A DNA stretch of 64,000 nt from Selaginella moellendorffii (Eukaryota > Plantae > Lycopodiophyta): assembly GCF_000143415.4 (NCBI RefSeq), contig NW_003314422.1:62001-126000 (forward strand). Reading direction: 5' to 3'. The translations under genes and the position numbers were made by a program. Every line of letters begins with the position of its first letter. Within the stretch, counting starts at the first letter, position 1. Shown piece after piece: positions 37,001 to 48,200 of this stretch. Under the pieces are notes generated by a model, which saw only the letters and a list, made by a program, of their open reading frames with translations, searched no databases and was not told where the DNA came from.

Positions 37001-39571
37001 CTGCACTTGGAGCTTTCTCTGGATTCGAAAGCTCCATAGCCGTCTTCAGTTCCTCAGGCACGGGTAAATTGACCTCCCTCAGATCAATTCGATCGGCCTT
37101 GTCGAACGAAGCTGGGAAGTCACTCTAGTCCCACTCTGCTGCAGGACCAATAACAAGGGCGAGTGTGAAGATGCGGACATTCGTCGGTATCTTCTTCTTA
37201 GCCATTATCCCATGGATCTCCTGCATCTCCTTGCCTTTCAACCGAGCCTTCACCTCGTTCAAGGCCTTCCAGAACTTGTGATAGGATTCGGAGTCGTAGA
37301 TCATATAGTGGACTGAAGATTCCACCTCCGCAAGTCCCACCATTAAGTCAATGATGGAGCTGACTTCGTCTGCATGAGTGATCTCCTCGTTTGTGAAGTC
37401 CATCACACAAAAGATGTTCTTGACCTGCTCATCTCCACGGGAAACGATGCTCCTCCACCTTTGATCCTCATCCGAATTCACGTATACCCGGTAAGGTTCT
37501 CGATAGGCCTCTGCTGCGGGGTCGAGCTGTTTCTGAAGCCGGCGGTCGACATCCCTTTTAATGAAATTTGGATACTGATCCAACTTCTCAGCTTTATTTT
37601 TCGTGGCATCCCGCAGCAGATCGATGAACTTGGGGCCCCCCTTCACGTACTCGTCGATGTCTTCATTTGACAACTCCAGCTCTTCCATCATCTCTTGCGT
37701 GGTGTCAATGCTCACCCTCTCCACGGCCACTTGCTCGAAGATCCAATCCTTTAATAGCGCACGAGCTCTCAGAGTCGTGCACAAGTCCTCGTATGTCACA
37801 ATATGGCCGGGAGTCATTTTGGTCTTGTTGAAGACTACCTCACCACGTAGAAGAGCATTAGCCACTGTCAGAAGGTCGTCGTCGTCTAGAGACCGTGAGA
37901 AACGCAAGGTGTTGAGCTTCAAATCATTGGGCTTCCGGCCGTCCTCCACACCCATTGAGTTTAGCAACTCCCCGTCATGGTACCTCCTCAGCACATCTAC
38001 CCATTTGTCAAAAACAACTTTTGTCGCGAGTAGAATGTTATGGATGCTGAGTGTGTCATTGACCCCCAGTGTTTTCGAGAGAAGACTCGAGAATTCCTGC
38101 AATGGAAATGGCGTGAGGCCACATGCTATGCCACATGCAATGAGGCTTACCTGCCAGGCGCTAGTTGCTAGTGCACGTCCTTGTCCTGGTTTTTGTGGCT
38201 TCTTCAGTTGAACCCAGAGCTTCTGTGTTCGTGCCAATGTCTCGTGCAGACCTGATTTGTAGCACGTTTCTTGCTTGACATTCTGCGCGTGGGAGATGGA
38301 TATGATAGATCGGAGGGGCGAGTTGCCTTTTATCAGGCGGACAACTCTTGTCTTGAAGACTTTCTTCACCTCCTCGCCCACCATAATATCCACAACTATC
38401 TCTTGCATCGCCAAACTAGAATGCTGCCCGGAGACGGCATAGAACCGGATGTTCTGATCGTCCAACACCTTCCTATTGATGAAGTCTGGAAACCTCGTTT
38501 CGCCCTTCATTGTTCGGTAGTAGGGGATCACGTCTGCGATGTCGGGTGTTACTGGACTTGCCAGCATCTTCTGCTTCAGTTTCTCCACCCACTCATCAGA
38601 TACTAGCCTGTGGTTGTATTTGCTTTGGATGTCGATATGGCTCACGTCGATTGTATATACTTTGTTGGAATAGTAACAAGTACTATTATCTGCGACGATT
38701 TTTGCTGCCTCTTCTTGCTCTTTCTGCTCTTTGCGGCTCTTCTTTTTGGTGGGTGTAGTGTTCGAACCCGAGGCAATGGCATCACCGAGTAGCTTCTTTT
38801 TTGGAGCAAGAGAGTCGGACGTCGGCTTGAGCTTGACCACCCTTTTCTGCTTCGGGGTAGTTTCCAGATCGACCCCCTTCCCCTTCGCTTCACGAACTGG
38901 AGGCACTCTCAACGGCTCAATGTTGGAATATAGTTTTTGAACATCGCCGTAGGTGAGGTCCGTGGATTCCATGTGATCTTCATAGACCCGCAGCGTCTTT
39001 GAAATTGTGGGCCTCCTGGACAACCTCTCCCTAGCTCCCTCTAGGAATTCCTCATAGCCGCTGCCCCCTTCCGGGAAGCCGCTAGGATATGCAAGGTGGA
39101 TCTTGAAGGCGGATGCTGTCTCTACCACAAGTGCCAGTCCATATTCTTGCATGGAACTGCATGGAGTGTTTGTCACTTGGATGAGGATCCCCATGCATTC
39201 TTTTCTCCCACCATCTGTGTTGTACAGCCTCAGATCCTCGCCTTCCATCCCGAAAGTCCAACTGGTGAGCTCCTCCCCCTTCTCTGCATCCACATTGACA
39301 GTGGCTGGAAGAAGAACGCAATTCCTCGCCTGTTCAGAAATGCACAACAATTAGAGCTGACAGATGAAAAGCTAGCAGCTGGAAATAACGTAAGGCCACA
39401 CGCCATTCACCACTGCATCAGATGTCTTGAGGCTGCATCCTAAGATGGCGTGAGGCTACACGCCATTTGTAACCGGACTGCACTCGAGAGCCCAATCGGT
39501 GCATGCCAATGTTGCTACTGAATGGCATGTGGCCTCATGCCATTTTCTACTTGGCCTAAAAGACTTACCAT
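34010..39571 (-). pseudogene. Transposon cargo gene, 10 exons, ~1640 aa: ParB/Srx-like + methyltransferase-like + acidic/low-complexity linker + FCP1/SCP-like HAD domain; two in-frame stops (37125, 36361)
   Basis: Exons 39571-39569, 39329-38151, 38096-36773, 36722-36636, 36579-36508, 36458-35775, 35726-35712, 35662-35555, 35507-34920 and 34872-34010 sum to 4923 nt; all introns are GT-AG and phase-compatible. Motifs: RLVSDEWVEKLK..YAVSGQHS; CIIFDLNGVL, VWTS, IIDDSPIK. Confidence 0.72.
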
Positions 39572-41864
39572 TTGAAGCCGAATGGAGGCCGTGACAATCG
39601 AGGCCGGACTCGCTGGCGAATGTGCACTGTGTGTGCAACAGATCGTAGCAGCAAGGCTACTCTGCCACTTACAGTTGGAGAGTGGTGTTGAAATCTCCCG
39701 GGACGCCAAGTGGGCTGCGTGTGGGTGGCGGAGTGGGCGGCGGAGTTGGCGGCGAAGTTACAAACTGGGTGTGTTTTGAAGTGGACACCGATGCACATGA
39801 GCACGATGCGAGCGCGAGTGTGATGCAAGCGCGAGTGGACGCCGATGCACACGAGAAACCTGTAGAGAAGGTAGATGAGCGCGAATGTGAGTGTGATTGC
39901 GAGTGGGAGCGCGATGCGAGTGCGAGTACGATGCAAAATGCAAAACCTAACCTCACACGCGCGAAATGTCACGACGGTTGGTAATCCCGCCACGTCATCA
40001 TTCCTCGGACTTGGGTGCCACCATTAATTTCTGGATCGCCGCGCGCATGCATGCACGTGAAATCCAAAAGAAATCCGCAACGTCATCATTCCTCGGACTG
40101 CATGCACGCGAAATCCAAAAGAAAGATCATGATTGGGATATCATTTAATACCCTCGCTATATTTATACCATGCATGATTGGATATTCCAAAGCATCTTGT
40201 ATTTCCACGCGAGATTTTTTTGAGTTTTCTGGAGATCCAACCGTTAGATCGCAACTAGATTTTACAGAATGGTATACAATGTCTTTCTTGATGACCCTGC
40301 AAAGAAGCATCTCGATCAGACACCACATGAGACCACACAAGCCTTACAATGTTTCAGGGGCATTTGCCATAGATCCGACCGTTATTTTGCTCCAAGATTT
40401 TACAGTTTGGTGTGAATTGACCTTTCCATCGACACTGCAAAGGGACATCACAATCAGATGTGGGATCACAAGAAACTAACTTCACTAACTCTGGTTTCAC
40501 CAAGATCTACATAAGGAGTTATGAAATGAAAGGACCCTCTCTATTGAAATGTGTTTATGGTCCTAGGGGCATTGTGACATATCAAAGGATTTTGCATCAA
40601 GTTCTGTATTTGCATGTTTATCAAGCTACTGAATTGCTAAATCCTAAACCCTAAACATGTGGCAAATGCTGCGTGAAGAAAGATGCCCTTTCTAGGCAAA
40701 TGCTGTAAGAGGCAGATGCCGAGCAGATGTATCTCAGGCTAGCGAAGGGGACAAACGAAAGTTAGCTATAAACATGACGGGATGCAAATAGATTACTAGG
40801 CTGGTCCTGCGAAAATCAAAAACCATAATTGAAAACATTGAAAATGCAAAAAGAAAGGTTTATAATATTTTTGAATTTTAAGCAACCAAAGGAATGTAAG
40901 TAGGGCATGTGTTTGTAAGTTTAAAAATGCCTCAACCACTTAAATTCCCAAGTAAATAAAGCTGTTTCTATTTTTGGTACAGGTAAACTTTATAGCGTGT
41001 GGGCTCATGCAATTTTGAACCCAAAAATGCACCAAAAAATGCTCGACTAGCATTATTCTTTGAATGGCGTGTGGCCTTATATTGCCATAAATGGACGTAC
41101 ACACACAGCATAATTATTCCTTTACACGGCGAATAATCTTGGTGCGGATCGCTGACATGGCATGGCAAAGTTCGAATCACTGACATGGCACAGCTGGATC
41201 GAGGCAAGGACATGATGTGACAAAGTTCAACCTCCGACAGTAAAGTCTAGAAGCTACTCAGTTTGAAATTTGTCAAAGGAATCATAAGATCTGGTTTGTC
41301 AGAGGATTTGATGTGACGTTCAAGCGTGTGTTATTTTTGAATTCTCGAACTCATTCCTAGGTCTATCATTTTTGTGCGCCGCGTTCTTGGTTCCGCTGAG
41401 CGCAGTGAGCGCTGCTTGTGTAAGCGGCGTTGTGAGCTGTGGTTTATGCGTCTATGAGCGGTTGAGGCATTGCGAGCGCCATTGCGAGTGGCAGTTTGTG
41501 CGAGCGGCGCTACGAGCAGTTGCGGTGTTGCGAGCGGCACTACAAGTAGTTGCGGTGTTGCGAGCGGCACTGTCTTTGGTGTGGCTACCGCTTCCTCTTG
41601 ATATTCGGCACTTGTGCTTCCTGGTATGTTCACCATGGAATGGCTTAGGACCACATTTAGAAATGGCATGAGGCCACATGCCATCTTGGGCCCTTGCAAT
41701 TTCATGGCTAACGTATTGTCATGTATGTTTTTACTTGCCTGCAGCTGTGTGTATATCAAGATGGCATGAGGCCTCATGCTATTGAGGTTGTTTGGTATGT
41801 TATGATTTAGGCCATTCTCCAATCATTTTTTGTATGGTCTTAACTTCTTTTCTACACTTTCAGA

Positions 41865-44763
41865 ATGGCCTCCGCAAGTGCGACGCATGTTCCTTCCGTG
41901 GATCTTAAGAACCGTGCTACATGGATTCAGGCAAAGGTGTTTCTAAACAACCCCGAGGGGGAGGTGGTAGCTGAGGGTTTAGCCACAGTTGTCGATCCAA
42001 GAGATGCGGTTGCTAATCAAGAATTGGGCTGGGATGATATTGGAGTTGCGATTTTAGAGGTTGTTGACACAGAAGAAAACAGTCTGACTATTGGAAGCAT
42101 TGTGCGGTGGAAATTGAGGCACTTAGTGTTTGAGAATGTGAAGGATTCACAATCAAACACCACTACAACTGATGACAGAACATCTCTTCATGGGAAAAGA
42201 AAGTACACCTTCCTAAAGCGCAGCCAAAGGGATCTGAGCAACGAACCGAAAAGGCAGAAAATGGCGATGGAGGTTCGAATGGTCTCGACAGTTGCTTGTT
42301 GCAAGAGGAGGTGCTGTCAACATGTTGATTGGGATGCTATTGAAGAGGAGAGAGCAAGATACAAGACATTGTAGTGGAAGGTAGCTCGCAATTTTGTGTA
42401 TGAGGCATTACGGTCATCTGTTGATGCTTCAGAACATCAGGTGGGGGGCATGGTCTTCCAGAGGGGTTTGGTCTGCATGAAGGCATGGAGAATCATTTAT
42501 GGAGTCCCTCGAACCACATTCTACAGAATCAAAACTGAGTTCGAGGAACAAAGGGTTCAACAGGCAGTCCATGGGAACGACGGTACTCACAAAACTAGGG
42601 GTTATGTTGTATATGGAGAGGCAATCTTCAAGAGGTTTGTCGAGACATGTAGCGAGCAACAACCACATAAAACCCGCCTCTTGGAAGATGGAACTCGAGA
42701 CACCCAACGAGTTCTCCCTTCCATGTATACCAAGGGGGCCATATTGGAAGATGTGAATCGGGAACTCCAGAGTAATGGCTACAGGAAGCTGAGCCAATCT
42801 TGATTTAGTAGATTGTGGAGCAACAGGTTCAGGGATGTGAGTATAGGAAAGTACTCCAGCTTTTCAAAGTGTGACGAGTGCACTGCTATCAAAATGGCTT
42901 TGTCGAAGAATTCTTGCATCGCTCAAGAGCGAGAGACGTTGGTTAGAAGGCGGCTCGACCACAACATCGAGCAGAGAAGCTGCAGGACTGCATATTATCA
43001 TAACAGGATTCTCTCCATGGAGAGACCTGACTCTTACCTCTGCATCATCCACGACAAAATGGACCAGAAAAAGACGTGCTTACCTCGACTCAATCCTGCC
43101 CCCAAGGCAATCTCTTCATCCATGCAGCTGCCTGTGTCTCTGTTTGGCATAATCGCTCATGGGCATGGTGCCCAGAACTATGGGAACTTCTTTGTACCTC
43201 TATGGCGTGGCGGCGGTGCAAACATGATGATTGCGTCCCTAGCAAAACACTTAAGGTCTCTGCAAAGTGTGCAGACTGAGCTGAACGGCCAACCCTTGCA
43301 TAAGGCCCTTGTCGATCGAACCCCATACAGGGTTCAGCTGGAGGAGGAGCAAAGGCTTGCAGTATCGAGTGTGGCCCCATGCCATCCCAGTGAATATGTT
43401 GGCCCTCAGATTGTAGGGTTATCACGTGAGGCCTCATGCCATTCCGACGAGGCTGGTCGCCCGGTGAATGCACAGCCTCATCCAAATGAAGCAGAATCTC
43501 AAGGAAGTTCTTGCGGCCGATGTGGCCTTCCACCCCATCTTCTGCTCCAAACAGACAATGCTGGCAGTGAGAACAAAAACACGTACGTCTTTGCGTACTT
43601 GGCGATGCTTGTTGCCAAAGGCATATTTGAAACGGTTACACTTGGCTTTCTCATGGTTGGGCACACTCATGAAGACGTCGATGCCATGTTCAGTCACCTG
43701 GCAGAGTCCCTCCGACGATCCAATGTCCTCACCCGCCCACAACTTTACGATGAATTCCAAAATTGCATCAAAGGCACTGTTGAAGCTGCACTTGTGACAG
43801 AGGTTCCAGACTTTAAGGGGTTTGTAAGAGGCTACATCAGGGACGGATCCGAAACGCTGATTGGCCACTCCAAGCCTCTTCAGTTTCATTTCAGCATGCG
43901 TGACGGTGCTCAAGTGATGAGGTACAAGATGAGAGAATGGGACACAGTGTGGCTGCTAGTGGACGGCATTGAACTCTTCAAGAGAGATCCCATAACTGGG
44001 GAACCTATGATTCCTCAGGGTCCCCCACGGCCGATGCACCCGGATGGACTCAAAGACCAAGAAAGTATAGTGGCCGAGATTAGACAGCATATTGCCTTCT
44101 GGAAGAGGGGGTTGGTGTTTGGTGGAGAATCCTATTTTCAGAGGTGCAAGACTTTGATCGAATACTGGGAGAAGATTATATCTGCTATCCAAAATGGGCC
44201 GGTTGTATATGAAGATTTGGAAGAGTCCTTTTGGCCAGAACCCAGAGCACTAGATAGTAGCGGAACAATGTCCTCTGGAAATGCAGTGACAGATAACGAT
44301 GTTGAGGATCACTATTGTGGGCCGAGGAACAAGAAGCCGGATTCAGCATTCAATCCAGTATAGGTCTGCAAAGGAATGGTCGTACTTGTCAGACCCAGTA
44401 ATAAAAAACAAATGATATGGGTGGGGCGCTGCATCACTGATGCAGAGGAGGACGCGGAAACTAACTCCTTCAATGTAACTGTGGAGTGGTTCAAGCCAAG
44501 TTCCGGATATACGAAGGATTGCCTAGAAAAGAGATGGGTGCTGAATCCAAGGGATCCCAATATGAGCATATCGGTGGATAATGTTGTGCATGGTTGGATG
44601 CGGAAGCAGAGTGCCACCATCACCTTGCCAGACCATGCAAGAGATGCAGCAAGAGCATTCATAACCCAGGTTCAAGGTGAGATTCATTAATATTCCTTTA
44701 CTAAGTTTCTAATGTATTTTATTTCAAGGTGAACAATCCGAATCTGAATCAGAGGAGGCGTGA
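41865..44763 (+). pseudogene. DDD-type transposase (Sola/DUF7869-like), ~950 aa, three in-frame stops (42372, 42801, 44361), no frameshift
   Basis: ORFs 41865, 42396, 42813 and 44376 share one frame. Motifs CCKRRCC, VCMKAW..YG, FSKCDEC, HDKMDQ, LQTDNAGSENKN, FLMVGHTHEDVDAMFS. Likely short terminal intron near 44678-44728. Confidence 0.85.
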
Positions 44764-44970
44764 TGGCATGTGGCCTGAGATGATGTGACATATGCATTTA
44801 CCAATCACATGTGCATAAATCTAATAATATGGCGTGTGGCCCATATTAATGGCACATAAACCCATATTGTGGGCTTACGTGCTTTATGTACCATCATTCC
44901 CTTGCAGCGTGTGTGTTGGTTTCCTTTTATAACACAACGAACTCCATATTTTAGGGTGAAGAGCGTTTTC

Positions 44971-45228
44971 ATGGCAAGCACAAAATCTATAAGTGAGGCA
45001 GAAAAGGAGACGGAGAAGGAGATAGGTGAAGATGTAGAATATATAAGTCTTCCAAACTCTCCGTACTATACTCCAGGTGATCATTTTTCTGAACAAACGG
45101 CAATATTAACAACTATCGAGAACGCCCCAGTAATGTCAGAGACAACAATCCAAAGCAAAACAACTGACCCGGAGAAGGATGATAGTACTGCTGAGAGTAC
45201 CAAAAAGGAGGTGTCCACTAGCGCTTAG
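44971..45228 (+). CDS. Possible small acidic ORF (85 aa) inside the transposon
   Basis: ATG-initiated E/S/T-rich ORF after a TTTTAG acceptor, flanked by palindrome copies. No recognisable domain. Confidence 0.3.
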   Translation: MASTKSISEAEKETEKEIGEDVEYISLPNSPYYTPGDHFSEQTAILTTIENAPVMSETTIQSKTTDPEKDDSTAESTKKEVSTSA

Positions 45229-48200
45229 GCTTATAATGGCGTGTGCCCTCATGCCATTTACTTGATCACCAAATACCTTTTTCCCTTTGCACTAGTATAT
45301 CTTAATACCGGTCTGAGAAATAGAATAGCATGTGCCCTCAAGCCTTTTACTAAATCACCTTTGACAGAAATGCAAGCCTCTATGTCGTAAAAAAAAGGTA
45401 CTAGAGAAATTCCTTAATAATATGAATGTTATTTAGTTTCATGAAAATACACTAAGGGTCAAAGGAGTTAAATGACTTCTCCAGACTAGCAATGCCTCTT
45501 GCTACACCTTCACAATTAGATTCGTTAGAAAAAGATAACATTGAATAATATCTAAATGTTCTCACCATTAAGTTATATGTCTGGCTAATAGGAATGACGT
45601 TCATCTTGGAAAGCTCACCACACACTCAATGAACAAACAAATAATGTGTGCGCACATGCCATCACTCTTCTTTAGCTTCAGATTCGGCTTGTTCACCTTG
45701 ACAATGAGATTTATTATACAACCAGATGGACTCAGTCTGGACACAAAGTCATCGCGCTAGTCACCATGCCCCAGATATGTCTAGCCCCTGGACAAAAAAC
45801 ATATAATTTCACGTCATTTTCAAATACTTGAAAATTTGTACCTATTCCCATTTTACTGAATAAATCCCACTTTAACGAAATAGAGCATACCTTTATCAAT
45901 ACCATTTAGTTATGTTTCGTTTATAGTATTGGATTTCTTTGAGTCTTGGATGTGGTGAATCAGTCCTTGATGAAGTGTTATTTGTAACTAAGTTTTGTTA
46001 AAGGATTGGTCTCGGATGCTGGGTAAAGTATCTTCAACCTTGGTTAGCTTAGTTGCTGGAAAGTTTTGAGTGATGATTCACTCTTGCCTTCTTGTAGCTT
46101 TATTCTGATGTTAATGGCATTGAAGTGATGCTTTGTCGTTGACATTATTGGTGTTGAGATTCAAGTGAGATGAGATGTCTCTCTGTAGGATTGATATTGA
46201 GTCTCATTAATCTCGATGCAATTAGTGTTGATGCTTGAGCTATAGTTTTATGTTATTGGCATTTATGCATTTGCTAGTTAGCAACTGTATTGACGTTCAA
46301 ACGAACTGAGTGGCAAGTTTGAGTTAGTTGTGTTCTAGACGAGATTATTTAGTAAGGGTTGAGCTTTGGCTTTTCCTTAAAAAGTGATTCAATCGTGGAC
46401 TATACTAGCTTTACGAGAGGAAGAGTTAGTGATCGATATTAGAATGTTTGAATCCTTATTGGATTTGAGTTGGAATATATCGATTATGGATGATTCTTTT
46501 TGTGCTTGTTATGAAGTGAGTTACATCTTGCTAAAGATAGATTCATAGAGGATTGTTTAATAATCACTTGTTGAGCATAACTTCATTGTGTTTGGCTTTT
46601 GGATTGATGCAAATATGCTCTTCATTAGCTTTGGCATTATGAAGTTTAGATTATGAATGTGTTGAAGAGAATATTGTGGGTTATATCATGATTTCTTCTT
46701 TAGCATTGAAGTTAGTTCCTACAAGACTTGTGATCATTATTAGGCAAGACTTAGTTATATGCTTCTTTAAGCTTTTGGTTCTTTGAGTTTTGTGCTTATT
46801 GTTTCATTTGTTAAAAGATATTGGGGAAGACATTTTGGCTCATTCGCTTCAATGTTGAAGTTGGCTTTTGCATTTAGCAATTATTGGTGATGATTGACTA
46901 TCATCTAGGATAATTGATTATCCTTGTTAGAGGTTTACTTGATTGTTGTTGATATAGAATGACTCGTTGTTCTTTGGGATGGTGGATTCTTTCATTGATA
47001 ATGATTATGCATCTCTTTCTTGATGGGATGATTGATGATCTTTTATGATAGTTTGCTGTTCTCTTTGATGGCTTATGGCTTTTCGCAATATCACATGTAC
47101 TTTGTGGTTTGCTTTGGATTGGTCTCTTGGGTTTGAGACATTAGTAGGATGTTGCTGACACTTGCTTGAGCAACTCTGGTTCCTTAGTATTATTGACTGG
47201 GATCTATTCAGATTGGCTTCTATGATAGTTAGCATAAATGGGTGTTTGTTGGTCTTACTGCATTCATTTTGTTTTGTTGATTATTGCTCGAGTTAGTTTT
47301 GAAAGGTTGGGATGTTATTTCTTTTGGGTGATACATTCATGAGCAATGTGTTTGTCAGTCAATGATACTTTGTGTTCTTTGAGTTATCTTTAGTAAGTTG
47401 GTTGGAATACTGTCTGCCATCTTTAGTACTTAAGTTTTATCATTGAGTTTTTTTTATGATATGCTAGCTATTGAATTTTGTTGGATGGTGAATTCTATAT
47501 TTTCCAATGATAGTGATCTTGGTGGTTCCTATCCACTAATATTGGTTTATCGGATGATAACTTACTTGGAATACTTTCGTATTCTAATGTAACATATATT
47601 TGCTGATAATTAAGTCTCTAAGATATCATTGTCTATGACTTTGATATTGTCCATCTATTGATCTTTAAGTTTAGGCCAGTATAGGCAGACTGACTTTGAC
47701 ACTTCATGTGCATGGTGAAATCTCTAATCATGGGGTAGCTACTATCAACTAGTCACATAACCCGCCTCTTTGTCGATGTTCCTTATTCTGTTAAAAGGGC
47801 GTGACCGTGTAAACAACTCTAACTACCTGTTTACAGTAGTGTATCTAAAACTTATCAACGGGTTTAGTTTCTTTGCTCATGAGGGTTGGGGCCTTTAGCT
47901 TCTCTCTCTATGCCACATGCGGGCAGGGGCGTATCACACTTTTGTAAGTTGGGTGACACCCAGAGCAGCAAGGGTGGCTGACTCTATTGGTCATTTCCTT
48001 GTCGGCGACGGCTGGAAGGTGTCTGAGTTAGTAGCACATCTGCGTTAGACAAAAAGGTTACCTTAACTCATTTAAGTTGGTGCATTTCTCATATAGTGTG
48101 AATACTGTGAACTTTTTCTGGAGTTGTTTCCTTGGCAGTATTCTAGACTCGAGTGTGCATCGATGAGGATGTCGATCTTCCCTAGGGGGGGAGAGTGTCG

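Larger units (their letters stand above)
33954..45662. repeat. Dispersed 22-bp palindrome ATGGCRTGWGGCCWCAYGCCAT, about 18 full or partial copies
   Basis: Copies start at 33954, 35031, 35106, 36468, 36609, 38108, 39385, 39445, 39522, 41663, 41761, 43364, 43421, 45236, 45325 and 45641; half sites at 41064, 44763 and 44829. Confidence 0.9.
33568..45888. mobile_element. 12,321-bp TIR DNA transposon, Sola-like, with a large cargo gene
   Basis: 24-bp TIRs AAGCTCTATTTCGTTAAAGTGGGA / ATGCTCTATTTCGTTAAAGTGGGA (1 mismatch); 4-bp TSD ACCT at 33564-33567 and 45889-45892; internal DDD transposase. The superfamily call is an inference. Confidence 0.88.

Noticed and set aside
36361-44363. In-frame stops as U-to-C editing or programmed readthrough sites
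   Set aside because: Such editing is organellar. Mixed TAG/TGA/TAA with no shared context fits mutation better.
33954-45662. Palindromic repeats as a CRISPR array
   Set aside because: Irregular spacing, no spacer structure, no cas genes, eukaryotic context.
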